Positions 19,734 through 30,176 of a stretch of 64,000 bases of DNA are shown one piece after another (the first letter of the stretch is position 1; each line of letters starts with the position of its first letter). The notes under the pieces are model-generated. The model was not told the origin of the DNA, ran no database searches, and worked only from the letters and a program-made list of their open reading frames with translations. The stretch is from Promethearchaeota archaeon (GTDB lineage: Archaea > Asgardarchaeota > Lokiarchaeia > Sigyniarchaeales > SOKP01), in contig JAEOUA010000003.1 of the NCBI GenBank assembly GCA_016839555.1, positions 352,001-416,000 of the forward strand, written 5' to 3'. Position numbers and translations under genes: made by a program.

Positions 19734-20282
19734 TTAATTATTTAATTGAATTATTGCGGTACCTTTCATTGCAACTCTGTCTCTATATGTAAGAATCCCT
19801 TTTTCTATTTCTTTTTCATGTACTAAATTTCTTTCTCGATCTTTATCTGAGATGTATCCTCGTTCTCCTGCTTCAAATTGTTCTACAATTTCCCCATTAC
19901 TGTCTTTTATATGTACAGGTGTTATTGTCCTCTGAACCACATCTAAATATACCGTACTTCCTTCTATTTTAGTGACTGTTCCTTCAGTTATAAGCGTATC
20001 GCCACAACGAACCATTCCAACCATATCTACTGCTAATTCAATTAGTTTTCCATCTCTTTCATGATTCAAGAAATCTTCAAATAATTTTGTAATGAAGCCT
20101 AGAGAAAATAGTCCATGAGCGATCACACCTTTTAATCCCGCTTTTATTGCGATTTCATCCCGAGTATGGATAGGATTTGTATCCCCGCTGGCATTAGCAT
20201 AATCTATTAGTAAATCTCTTGTTATTTCATCAAATTCATCCCTTATTACTTGACCAACCTCAATATCAGAAAGATATACCAT
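19734..20282 (-). CDS. MaoC-family (R)-hydratase, catalytic subunit
   Basis: YANASGDTNPIH...IAHG hydratase-2 motif. Confidence 0.9.
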   Translation of the reverse strand: MVYLSDIEVGQVIRDEFDEITRDLLIDYANASGDTNPIHTRDEIAIKAGLKGVIAHGLFSLGFITKLFEDFLNHERDGKLIELAVDMVGMVRCGDTLITEGTVTKIEGSTVYLDVVQRTITPVHIKDSNGEIVEQFEAGERGYISDKDRERNLVHEKEIEKGILTYRDRVAMKGTAIIQLNN

Positions 20283-20283
20283 T

Positions 20284-20784
20284 TTAATACCCTCCTGGCC
20301 GAACGGCCGCTGTTACTGTTGGTTTACATACTAATTCATCATTTTGATTTTTAACGGTGACTAAAAATTCAGCGAAAAGAATCATATTTTTTTCTACTAA
20401 CCATACTTTACCCCATTCAGCGGTTACTGTAAGAGAGTCTCCATCTTTAATATCCACACAATCTTTCCAATCGTATTTATTTCCTGCATGAAGTAGTTTA
20501 GCTGGGTTAATAAGAAATGGTCGCTTTTTTCCATCTTGTTCTATTTTCATTCCAAGAAGTAATTTATATAATGCCTTTACTGTAAAATGATTTGCGAATG
20601 CCTTACATGCAACAATTCCATCCTCTTCAGGACCCACATATTTCGGATCTGATAATCCATATACCTTTGCAAAATCAATTAAATTCTTATATCTACAGCG
20701 AATTCGTACTTGACCAGGTACTTTTTTTCCCGGAAGCTGACTTATTAATGCATCCGCATTTTTTTTCATCTCTTTTTCGTCCAT
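20284..20784 (-). CDS. MaoC/FAS1-like hotdog dehydratase partner subunit
   Basis: LLHAG, IKDGDSL, VKNQNDELVC pattern; 1 bp from the catalytic MaoC gene. Confidence 0.75.
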   Translation of the reverse strand: MDEKEMKKNADALISQLPGKKVPGQVRIRCRYKNLIDFAKVYGLSDPKYVGPEEDGIVACKAFANHFTVKALYKLLLGMKIEQDGKKRPFLINPAKLLHAGNKYDWKDCVDIKDGDSLTVTAEWGKVWLVEKNMILFAEFLVTVKNQNDELVCKPTVTAAVRPGGY

Positions 20785-21227
20785 ATCTATTTCAATCTCA
20801 CAATTTTTTGTTTTTATATTATATAGTTTCGATTTAATGCTATATAATAATTGTTATAATTTAAATCTCATATATTCTCTAAGAAATTTACATAATATTT
20901 TAAATAAGGGTTTTAAACATCAAAATGATACTTCTGTAATAAAGATTAAATAATATCCAAGAAATTTATCAAACTTATCATTATTAAAATCTTTTTAAAA
21001 GATATTCATAAGAGAAATAATTTTAAGAAAAGTGTAAAATTTAATTTTACTTCGATTTATTTTTAATCCTACTAATTTATTTTTACCTTATATCTATTTA
21101 AATTATTTTTAAATAGTTATTTTTTTAACTATAAGTTGCTTCTTCTATAATTGAAAAATAAATTTTATTAGAATAGATTAAGAAAATGAGAAAATATGTA
21201 TTAAATTTTAAAACTTGGTGAAAATTA

Positions 21228-22004
21228 TTGGCAATAATAGAATTAACGCTTGTAGAATTTTTGCAAGGACTTTTTAGCTTTATTATCGTTATTGCAGCAG
21301 CATTAACAGGTATTTTAATTGCATTAAGATATTTTCGGACTAAAATTTGGACCTTTTTAACTATTGGATTGTCCTGGATTGGTTTTGTATCTGGTTGGAT
21401 TCCAGATTCAATTAATTTTGTTATAATTTTTTTTGGTCAACAATTACCATTAACAATATATTTAATAATAGCGATTGGTTTTTATCCTCCAGTAGTGTTT
21501 TTATGGTTAATCGGAATAACAAAGTTACTTAATATTAAGAAGCGAAAAGAATATTTGATTCTTTTTTTAATAATTTATACTATTTTGGAGATAATATTTT
21601 TTATTTTTCTAATAATTGATAAAACTGGATTGGTTGGAGAGTTTATAGGTATTTTTATTGTTGATTTTAAATTATATGGCATAATTATAATACTTTTTTC
21701 CTTAGTGACAATAATCATTTCTGGATTAAAATTTTCTTATGAAGCCTTTTCTTCAGTAGAGCCAAAGGTAAAATTAAAAGGATCTTTTCTTTTAACTGCT
21801 TTTATTTCTGTGACCATTGGTGTTCTCTTAGATCTTATAATAACTGCAATCTCCGGAACTGTTGGTTCAGTATTGTATACATTATTACCTGTTATGATTG
21901 TAATAACAAGATTAATCATAGCTATGTCCTCAATTGCATTTTATTTTGGTTATATATTACCAAAAGGAATAGAAAATCTATTTTTAAAAAAGATTGAAAA
22001 ATAA
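21228..22004 (+). CDS. polytopic (~7 TM) membrane protein
   Basis: About seven hydrophobic segments; no rhodopsin retinal-Lys motif recognised. Confidence 0.75.
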   Translation: MAIIELTLVEFLQGLFSFIIVIAAALTGILIALRYFRTKIWTFLTIGLSWIGFVSGWIPDSINFVIIFFGQQLPLTIYLIIAIGFYPPVVFLWLIGITKLLNIKKRKEYLILFLIIYTILEIIFFIFLIIDKTGLVGEFIGIFIVDFKLYGIIIILFSLVTIIISGLKFSYEAFSSVEPKVKLKGSFLLTAFISVTIGVLLDLIITAISGTVGSVLYTLLPVMIVITRLIIAMSSIAFYFGYILPKGIENLFLKKIEK

Positions 22005-22098
22005 AAGAATATAATTTAATTTTTTTTTTTATATTACTCGATATAGTTTTTGCTATTTTTCTTCCTAGATTTCCTAAAATTCCATCTTTTTAGTAATA

Positions 22099-22869
22099 CT
22101 AAAATTCATAACTTATTTTAGTATATATTTTATCTCTCTCTGAAGACAATGTAAAATATTGAATAATTCGAGGGTTTGAGTCAGACCCATTTAATATAAT
22201 TATGTGAATTTTATTTTTTTGTATTAATTTCAACAAATACGAGTCGATTGGTGTATACATTTTTAGTTTGTCAAAATTTGAAGGAATTACAGCTATTTTT
22301 TTTGTTTTTCTAAATCTTTGGTATTTTTTTATGGTAAGCTCCTTAACTATTTTATAATCTTTATCTAGAATCCCATCAATATCCTTTATTAAAAAACATT
22401 GATTTAATCCTAATTTTGAGGCAATATGAATAGCTATTGAATCAGATGTTACTTTCCAACTATGAGGCAATCTATCTTCATTGTATAAAAAAGAAAATGA
22501 TTGGAATAGAATAATTTTTCTATCTTTTGAATTTTTATTGAGATAATTAATTAATTCTGATAACTCTGAAAAAAGGGTTATTTCAGGAAATTTGGTATGC
22601 AACTTAAAACAATTCCAATCCATGGCAAGAATTGCCTCCCAATGTGCTAAGTTATCACCAATATCCAATTTTTTATCAACTAATCTGACAAAATTAGCAC
22701 AAGAACCTCCTCCAGTGAGAATTATTACTTTATTAATTTTTTTTTTTTTAAAAACTAATGTTTTTAGTTGATTAATCGTGGAAGATAAGTTATTTTGATT
22801 CTCTAAAATTTTTCCTCCAATTTTTACTAAAATTGTTGATTCATTCATAATATTAATAAAATCATTCAT
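22099..22869 (-). CDS. mfnE: amino-acid-kinase-family protein, probable methanofuran biosynthesis kinase
   Basis: VKIGG, GGGSCANFVR, AHWEAILAM, LPHSWKVTSDSIA, KDIDG; overlaps the mfnF stop. Start is 22869 or 22848. Confidence 0.8.
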   Translation of the reverse strand: MNDFINIMNESTILVKIGGKILENQNNLSSTINQLKTLVFKKKKINKVIILTGGGSCANFVRLVDKKLDIGDNLAHWEAILAMDWNCFKLHTKFPEITLFSELSELINYLNKNSKDRKIILFQSFSFLYNEDRLPHSWKVTSDSIAIHIASKLGLNQCFLIKDIDGILDKDYKIVKELTIKKYQRFRKTKKIAVIPSNFDKLKMYTPIDSYLLKLIQKNKIHIIILNGSDSNPRIIQYFTLSSERDKIYTKISYEF

Positions 22870-23974
22870 TACTTTGAAAATATAAAGCCCCAGCAACCGC
22901 AAATGCTGAAGAATTTATTCGATTGGGAATATTAGTAATTTTTTCATAATATTTAATATTCTTAAACCCCATTTCTTTTAAGACCTTTATAATTAGGAAA
23001 TCTGCTGATAAACCTGTAATTACAAATAGCGGATTTTCTCTAAATCGCGGGTATCTAATTTTTACATTTTCAAAAAAAATATCGATTTCCTCCTTAATTA
23101 ATTCTAATTGTTTCTGATAGATAAAGAGAGCGATATTATCTAATTCCTTCTTTGATATGGTATTTAGATCCATACATATTATCCTCGCTAACCGGGCATA
23201 ACAATCTTCTTTTGATTTTGAGCGATTATCCGCTGTATCATTAAAATACTCTTTTTCAGATATATTTTCCAATATTCTATGAACATCGGAAATTAAAGCA
23301 AATTTTTCAAAAGAAATTCTTACTCTATTACCTTTATAAGGAACAAAATGAGTTATAGAAGGAATAGTAGCCCGCAAACCACCTGTGTAAATTAATTCAT
23401 GATTTAGCAAACGTTCAATATCCGTTTTTCCTAAAGGAACAGGAATAGAGTCAACTATTGGGATAATATCTATAGTTGTTGAACCTGCATCTATTAAAAT
23501 ACAATTTGAGATATATTTTCCCAAAAATAATGAAGTGGATACCCAATTAGCTGCGGCTATAAGCTGATAATTCTCTCTTGCATCCTTCCATTCTAAAAAA
23601 GTGTTATTTGTTGATATAAATCGTAATTTTTGTTTTTTAAAATTACTTGAGAGAGCATCAATAATCATTTCCACACCTTCCTTTTTAGTCTGAAATGCAT
23701 CTGATAATTCTGCTGTCATTGTAATAGCGATATATTCAACATCATCAATTTTGAAGGTTAGATCTGAAAATATATGAGAAATAATACGGTTGAATAAACT
23801 CTCAATTTGGTGTTTTGTTTTTTCCCAAAAAGGAAAATATTCGATGTATGAAAAAGAGTCTAATAATTTACGATTTTGAAAATAAACGAGCGCCGCTTTT
23901 GTATTTGCTCCACCTATATCCAATCCTAATATTAATACCCTATTATCTTTTTCATTCTTATTTTTTGATTTCAT
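22862..23974 (-). CDS. mfnF: hydantoinase/oxoprolinase-family methanofuran biosynthesis protein
   Basis: GLDIGGANTK, TMTAELSDAF.TK.EGV, AAANW, DAGSTTIDIIP, ELIYTG, RLARIICMD. Confidence 0.88.
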   Translation of the reverse strand: MKSKNKNEKDNRVLILGLDIGGANTKAALVYFQNRKLLDSFSYIEYFPFWEKTKHQIESLFNRIISHIFSDLTFKIDDVEYIAITMTAELSDAFQTKKEGVEMIIDALSSNFKKQKLRFISTNNTFLEWKDARENYQLIAAANWVSTSLFLGKYISNCILIDAGSTTIDIIPIVDSIPVPLGKTDIERLLNHELIYTGGLRATIPSITHFVPYKGNRVRISFEKFALISDVHRILENISEKEYFNDTADNRSKSKEDCYARLARIICMDLNTISKKELDNIALFIYQKQLELIKEEIDIFFENVKIRYPRFRENPLFVITGLSADFLIIKVLKEMGFKNIKYYEKITNIPNRINSSAFAVAGALYFQSNE

Positions 23975-23992
23975 ATACTTAAAATATTAATT

Positions 23993-25042
23993 TCATTTAA
24001 TTTTAATCGGTTCAGCGAATTGATTTCGTAAATATAAGAGTATAGGCTCTATATTTTCACCGGTTAATGCATTAGTTAAGATATAATCTTCTTTAGTTAA
24101 GCCCAATGCATTATGCAAATATTCTATTTCTTCTTTGCTGGCTAAATCCATCTTATTAAAAACAACTTTAATTTGAATATTTCTATTTTTAATGAAATCT
24201 CTCTTTATTTCATTAAATAGATTGATCTGGGATTGTATATTATAACCGCAAGCAGGGGTGGGATCAAAAATAAATATTATTAAATCAGAAATTAATCGTA
24301 ATGCTAAGATTGCTTGCATTTCTATATTATTTCTCTCTGAAAGTGGACGATCTAAAATACCTGGAGAATCCATTATTTGCAGCTTTACAGAATCAAACCT
24401 TCGCTGAATTTCCAAATGTCCCAGTATTAATTTTTTTGTGGTAAATGGATATTCTTGAATTAAAATTGATTTTGCTGAAGAGATTTGTTTCACTATACTA
24501 CTTTTACCCACATTGGGAGCGCCAGAGCATACAATACAAGGTAGTGTATAATCAATAGAAGGTATCTCTTTTAATTTACCTCTAATATTATTTAAATATA
24601 CTAAATTTTCATTCTGCTTTTTTATAATTGAAGAAACCCTTCCAAAAACAGCTCTTCTAATTTTATCTCCCTCTTTAGGTTCCTTAATTCGACTCAATTT
24701 TGAAAGATATTCACGTTCAATTTTACTTAATATTGGTAAGATTCCGTTCAACTTTCCAAGAGTTAATTTTAATTTATCAATATCTACTAAAAGAGAAGCC
24801 AATTCTTTATAGAATTTGGGAAGTTCATTAATAATTGGTACCATTTTGATTATTTTCAAGATTCTCTCAACCAATTCATCAATAGCAACCTTTATTCTTT
24901 TAGCTTCTTTTTTTTTAGCTTTAATAATAATCGGCGCATTTGAAGATACTTTTGCAGAACTTTTCATTGCTCTATTGAATGCGATATCTAAGAGTTCTTG
25001 AGCATTTGGTACATGATAAAAATCAGAAAAGGGATTCTTCAT
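23993..25042 (-). CDS. NOG1-family GTP-binding protein
   Basis: GAPNVGKSS, YPFTTK, DSPGILDRP..ERN.IE.QAI.AL, NKMD. Confidence 0.92.
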   Translation of the reverse strand: MKNPFSDFYHVPNAQELLDIAFNRAMKSSAKVSSNAPIIIKAKKKEAKRIKVAIDELVERILKIIKMVPIINELPKFYKELASLLVDIDKLKLTLGKLNGILPILSKIEREYLSKLSRIKEPKEGDKIRRAVFGRVSSIIKKQNENLVYLNNIRGKLKEIPSIDYTLPCIVCSGAPNVGKSSIVKQISSAKSILIQEYPFTTKKLILGHLEIQRRFDSVKLQIMDSPGILDRPLSERNNIEMQAILALRLISDLIIFIFDPTPACGYNIQSQINLFNEIKRDFIKNRNIQIKVVFNKMDLASKEEIEYLHNALGLTKEDYILTNALTGENIEPILLYLRNQFAEPIKIK

Positions 25043-25105
25043 ATTTTTTTATAGTTCTAATTTATATAAATTATATCGAGATTAAATTTCATTAAATCTT
25101 ATAAT

Positions 25106-25657
25106 TTATAATTTTGATTCTATTTCACTTATTTTATTTTTAATTTCTGAAATCTTTTCTCTAACATCCATTTTTTCTGGCGGAATTGAGTTATATAACT
25201 CTAAAACAATCTTATATCGTTCAAGAACTCGACTATATAGTCTTTTCTCTTCTTCTTTCTTAGCTTTCTTTAAAATTAATTCAATTTTATCTATATTCCT
25301 TTGTAATTCCCGAGAGGAGATAGGAACTTTCACTTTAGGTCCTATTTCTTCTGTTTTTTGCAGCGCTTCGAGTCTTTGAGAATAATATTGTTGTTCTCTC
25401 TGTATTTTTTCTTCCTCCATTCTTTTCTGCTTAATATAATCTCTCTTATAATCTTCAAGATTTTTGATTTCCTCATATAACACATCAGCTTGCTCAAACC
25501 AACCAAGCGACTTGAAAATGTCGATAGCTTTTCTATATTCTTCTTTGGCTTCCTGATATTGGTGGTCTTCGACTAGAACTTTTGCTCTTTCCAAAATATT
25601 ATCTGCTTCTTCAATTTTTTTTTCTCTTTCCCTTTCATCCATTTCTTTTTGGCTCAT
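25106..25657 (-). CDS. TPR-like helical protein
   Basis: AKVLVEDHQYQEAKEEYRKAIDIF repeat-like helices; charged composition. Confidence 0.65.
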   Translation of the reverse strand: MSQKEMDEREREKKIEEADNILERAKVLVEDHQYQEAKEEYRKAIDIFKSLGWFEQADVLYEEIKNLEDYKRDYIKQKRMEEEKIQREQQYYSQRLEALQKTEEIGPKVKVPISSRELQRNIDKIELILKKAKKEEEKRLYSRVLERYKIVLELYNSIPPEKMDVREKISEIKNKISEIESKL

Positions 25658-25860
25658 TTTATGTCATCATTTTTTATTAAAAATAATTCTGTATTTTTTT
25701 TTAATTTAGAGATTTAAATTTTATTTCTCAAATAAAAATTATTAAATCAAATTAGAGAACACAAAATTATATAATTTAGGATTATTTTAATATTTAAATA
25801 GAAGAAATGGTAAATTACTTCCAACTAATATTTCAATTAAAAATTGGAGTAAAGAATCAC

Positions 25861-26949
25861 ATGGAAAAATTAAAAATTGGAGTTCTTGGAGCGACTGGTA
25901 TAGTAGGTCAAAATTATCTCCAATTACTTCAAGGCCATCCTTGGTTTGATATAATTGATGTCGCTGCATCACCAAGATCAGCAGGTAAAACCTATGAGAA
26001 AGCCGCTGGGCCTAAATGGCAAATGCCTATTCCAATTCCAGAAAGTTTAAAAGATTTAAAAGTACGTGATGTCCAAGATTATGATGCTATTCCCGAAGAT
26101 GTTAGTTTTGTATTTTCTGCCATCAATATGCCCACAAAAGATATGATAAAGGAAGTGGAATTTGAATATGCTAGAAAAGGAATACCAGTCATTAGCAACA
26201 ATTCAGCTCATCGATGGACTTCCGATGTACCTATGATAATTGGGGAAATTAACAGCCATCATTCCGATGTGATTCCCATCCAGCAAAAAAATAGAGGTTT
26301 TTTAAAAGGATTTGTTGCAGTAAAACCTAATTGTTCTTTACAAAGTTATTTGACTGCAATTTATGCTTTAGAGAAAGCAAATTATAAAGTCGATAAACTT
26401 ATAATCACCACTCTTCAGGCTGTATCAGGAGCAGGATATCCTGGTGTTGCATCATTAGATATGGTGGATAATATTATTCCTTATGTTGGGGGAGAAGAAG
26501 AAAAAACAGAGAAAGAACCTTTGAAAATATTCGGTAAAGTAGGAGAAAAAGGGATTATTAATGATGATTCCATACAAATTAGCTCCACATGTACGAGAGT
26601 GGCAGTAAGAGACGGACATACAGCATCAGTTAATATGAAATTTAAAGATAGAATCCCCAATAGAGAAGAAATAATCAATATTTGGAAAACTTTTAAGGCA
26701 TTACCTCAGGAATTAGGTCTTCCATTTGCTCCAAAACAACCGATTATTTATTTAGAGGATGAAGATCGCCCACAGCCGATAAAAGATCGGAATAACGATA
26801 AGGGTATGGCTCTAACTGTTGGAAGATTAAGAGAGGATAACGTTTTTGATTATAAATTTGTAAGTCTAAGCCATAATACTATACGTGGTGCTGCTGGTGG
26901 TGCTATTTTGATGGCAGAGATGCTTAAAACAAAGGGATATTTAAAATAA
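25861..26949 (+). CDS. asd: aspartate-semialdehyde dehydrogenase
   Basis: GVLGATGIVGQ, KPNCS catalytic Cys, QAVSGAG, HNTIRGAAG; start taken at MEKLK (25861). Confidence 0.95.
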   Translation: MEKLKIGVLGATGIVGQNYLQLLQGHPWFDIIDVAASPRSAGKTYEKAAGPKWQMPIPIPESLKDLKVRDVQDYDAIPEDVSFVFSAINMPTKDMIKEVEFEYARKGIPVISNNSAHRWTSDVPMIIGEINSHHSDVIPIQQKNRGFLKGFVAVKPNCSLQSYLTAIYALEKANYKVDKLIITTLQAVSGAGYPGVASLDMVDNIIPYVGGEEEKTEKEPLKIFGKVGEKGIINDDSIQISSTCTRVAVRDGHTASVNMKFKDRIPNREEIINIWKTFKALPQELGLPFAPKQPIIYLEDEDRPQPIKDRNNDKGMALTVGRLREDNVFDYKFVSLSHNTIRGAAGGAILMAEMLKTKGYLK

Positions 26950-27045
26950 CTATTTTAAGTAAATTCTTCTTAATTTGAATCTAATTTGAGCCTGATTTTA
27001 ACCCCATTTAAAAATGAATATTTTCGAGCTTATATATTAATTTAG

Positions 27046-28620
27046 TTAAAATTCATATTTATCAATAAAAACTTGTAAGAACGTTTTGATCATATAGAAA
27101 TATTGAGTTTTTTTGAGAAATGTATAGATCGGAACTTTAGGATAGATATCAAAATATTTTGTTTTTCTAAATGTCCTTATTAAAGAAATTTTTGAAAATA
27201 AGGTAAATCTTGAGAATTTAAAAATAATTTTATTGAAAAAGGATTCTATAACTTTTTTATCAACTGAAATTACCGCGCTAATAAATCCATATTTCTTACT
27301 CAATTTATTTCTTATATGTTTAAGAGAAAAATTCTCTGAATTTTTAAGGATATCGTTCTTTAGTAAGGATTCAATATTAGTTAAAGCATTATTTTCGATT
27401 TGAAATAAAACTGCTTTTTGAAACCCTATTCTAAGAGACTTTTCTATATTTTTAATATTTTTCTTAGCTAAATCTTGTAAATCAGTGAAAATTACAATTA
27501 TTTTACTATTTAATCCAAAATTCAAATTAAAATTGTTAAAAATGAATTCAGAGATGCCCCAATGGGAAAACTTTTTCAAGTTATAGTTAACCCCCATAAT
27601 TCGAATTATCCATCTCAAAATTGGGTTATAGATTATCGGTCTAGAGTCTCTATACCAATTAATTTCAAAGCTTCTATATCCGTATAATAGCTTTTGAAGA
27701 ATCAACTTTATTTTATTTATATCAAGGGGGATTTCCAGTTCAAATAAATCCTCTATTATTTTTAAGATATGGTTTTGATAAAATAAAAAAGTATTATAAG
27801 GTGCAAATGTTTTATGAACTAGTTTGATAATTTGATTTTCTTTAAGATTTTTAAATTCTAACTCGAGTTCTTCCGGTAATAATATCTGAAAATTTAAATT
27901 AGATAAATTGGACTTATCCTTCTCATTTCTTATTATAATAATAAAAGTAAATTCTTCTGAAAATAAAATTATTGAAATATTTAATTTTGGTAAAAGATCT
28001 ATTAAATATGAAAAGATATTAGACAATTTAAAATCAGCAAGGAAATTTATAATTTCCTTTAAAAAATTCATAATATTTGGTTCTGGATAAATATAAAACA
28101 ATTCATTTTCTACTATATGCTGAAACACATCAATAAATTTTTTGATGAAATCTCTCAAGGATAATTGTCCAATATTTTCTATGAGGTTATTTATTAATTT
28201 TAATGCCTTATCTTTCATTATTCTAATATGAGATATACTTGAATTCGTTTGGGAGTAAATTTCATCTTGCAATTCATCAAAAAAGGTATCTATGTTTTGA
28301 ATTGGATATTTACGAAGCTTTATAATATCTGGATCGATGTCCTTAAAGGATTTATGAATCCCTGCCGTATCAGTGTTATAAAAAAATATCTTTAAAATAT
28401 CCTCCTCATCATTAGATATTATTAGATCAACAATATTTTGTTGATCATTAATAAATCTTGAATAAAGAAGTTTGGATATATTATATAGTAATTTAGCTTC
28501 TATTCTAATAGGTGTAAATGGCAATCTTACTTGTTCTGAATAAAATTCCCCCTCAGAAGGGGAATATTTTTTATTAAAGTTAAGAATTTTTAACCAATTA
28601 TCTAAAAATAGTTTTTCCAT
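27046..28620 (-). CDS. hypothetical protein
   Basis: Long ORF; ATG at 28620 overlaps the upstream TAA (TAATG coupling). Confidence 0.7.
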   Translation of the reverse strand: MEKLFLDNWLKILNFNKKYSPSEGEFYSEQVRLPFTPIRIEAKLLYNISKLLYSRFINDQQNIVDLIISNDEEDILKIFFYNTDTAGIHKSFKDIDPDIIKLRKYPIQNIDTFFDELQDEIYSQTNSSISHIRIMKDKALKLINNLIENIGQLSLRDFIKKFIDVFQHIVENELFYIYPEPNIMNFLKEIINFLADFKLSNIFSYLIDLLPKLNISIILFSEEFTFIIIIRNEKDKSNLSNLNFQILLPEELELEFKNLKENQIIKLVHKTFAPYNTFLFYQNHILKIIEDLFELEIPLDINKIKLILQKLLYGYRSFEINWYRDSRPIIYNPILRWIIRIMGVNYNLKKFSHWGISEFIFNNFNLNFGLNSKIIVIFTDLQDLAKKNIKNIEKSLRIGFQKAVLFQIENNALTNIESLLKNDILKNSENFSLKHIRNKLSKKYGFISAVISVDKKVIESFFNKIIFKFSRFTLFSKISLIRTFRKTKYFDIYPKVPIYTFLKKTQYFYMIKTFLQVFIDKYEF

Positions 28621-30035
28621 TAAAGATCCTCCCATTTGTTTAATTTTTTATTGTACTCAAAAAAATTAGAGGTTCTCAGAGACCTCATAAGGTAATTAAG
28701 ATTTGGTAAATCACTTTTATCATAATATTCAAATATTTGTTTTAAACAGTTTTTAAAATCTGGTGGACATCCTGAGAGGGTCAAGATATTCTTATTTTTT
28801 ACTTCCTTTTCCTTTTTTTTAAGAAGTGTTTTTTTGATTTTAGTATAAAATTTATAGTTTTTAGTGGATTTAATCGCACAATCTCCAAATACAATAACAT
28901 TATTGTTAAATTGTGGTTCTGGAGGGTTTAATCCAACTAAAAAGGAATGATTTGGGATATATTTCACATCCTTTATCATTCTAGAATTCATAAAATTAAG
29001 GAGATGATATGCTTTCAGGAAACAGCCAGAGCAAATCTTACCAGAATTTACAAAGATGTTGGGAATCTTAATATCCTCCAATTTTAGACAAGACTGATTT
29101 AATTTAATCGAGATTTTCCCTAAATCTTCACCAATTAATTTAATATCTGAAATATGTTCGGGTCCTAATGATCTTTCAAATGCTCTTGATAATAGATCAT
29201 TTTTAAACACATCAAATCCTAAAAATCGGAGCGTTATAACATCAACGGAGATAAGATCAGTGCCCATAATTAACACATTAGTCTTCTTTAAGTTTGAATC
29301 TCTATAAATCAAGGGACCAGCCTTTTCTAAAACATAAAATACATCGTTTATTGTCAATATTGGTTTTCTTATGGCATATGTATTTAAAATATTAGAGATA
29401 AGATCTTGTCTAAATAGATCATTTTTAACAATTTCTTCATTTAATATATTATTATCATACTTTATATCTCTAAATTTCGCAGGTAATATTGAAAAATAAT
29501 TAATCAGAGAAAGATCGCACATAAATAAAGGATTAATATTAACTTGAGTGATAACAATAATCTTATCGGAGTTAGTAATAACTTCAGGTACTTTTATTTT
29601 TTTCTCGCCAATATTTATATCTTTTAATGAATCCGCTTTTAGATCTTTTAAATTTTTTACATTTAATTTTTGATTATAATAATCGCTATTATCTAAATAA
29701 ACAAATTCTGCCCCCAGAGTTTTAAAATAACTCTCTAAACCCATTAAATCATCAAATAATTTGAGAGCAATTTTTTCAGATGGAAATGAGCCTATAAATA
29801 TCTTATTTGCGCCTGCTTTTTTACAGGAATAGATAACTTCTTTGACAAGATCCATATTAGAATTCATAGGATAACCCAAAGGAACTCTCAGAGTAATTTT
29901 TAGAAAGACATTATCTCCTTCTTTTATATATTGAGAAATTCCTCCAAGTTTATCAATTCCTTCTAAATAATTTTCCTCTGGAGATTTACCTTTCATAACT
30001 GCAACAAGAGGTTTTTTGGAGTTAGTATCACTCAT
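28620..30035 (-). CDS. DUF362-family protein with C-terminal Fe-S motifs
   Basis: LGGISQYIKEGD.V.LK N-terminus, DLISVD, CSGC, GDC, GCPP. Confidence 0.75.
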   Translation of the reverse strand: MSDTNSKKPLVAVMKGKSPEENYLEGIDKLGGISQYIKEGDNVFLKITLRVPLGYPMNSNMDLVKEVIYSCKKAGANKIFIGSFPSEKIALKLFDDLMGLESYFKTLGAEFVYLDNSDYYNQKLNVKNLKDLKADSLKDINIGEKKIKVPEVITNSDKIIVITQVNINPLFMCDLSLINYFSILPAKFRDIKYDNNILNEEIVKNDLFRQDLISNILNTYAIRKPILTINDVFYVLEKAGPLIYRDSNLKKTNVLIMGTDLISVDVITLRFLGFDVFKNDLLSRAFERSLGPEHISDIKLIGEDLGKISIKLNQSCLKLEDIKIPNIFVNSGKICSGCFLKAYHLLNFMNSRMIKDVKYIPNHSFLVGLNPPEPQFNNNVIVFGDCAIKSTKNYKFYTKIKKTLLKKKEKEVKNKNILTLSGCPPDFKNCLKQIFEYYDKSDLPNLNYLMRSLRTSNFFEYNKKLNKWEDL

Positions 30036-30176
30036 TTTGGTTAAAAAATAAAAATCTTAACTTTATTTAATCGAATAATTTAATAAAATAATGTATAGAT
30101 TTAATTTTAATTTAAGTGATTAAATATAATTAATGAATATTAGTTATATTAATAAGGAGCTAAAGCATAAAATAAG

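Noticed and set aside
21228-22004. Rhodopsin or GPCR call for the 7TM protein
   Set aside because: No retinal-binding Lys motif in the last helix and no GPCR motifs; TM count alone is insufficient.
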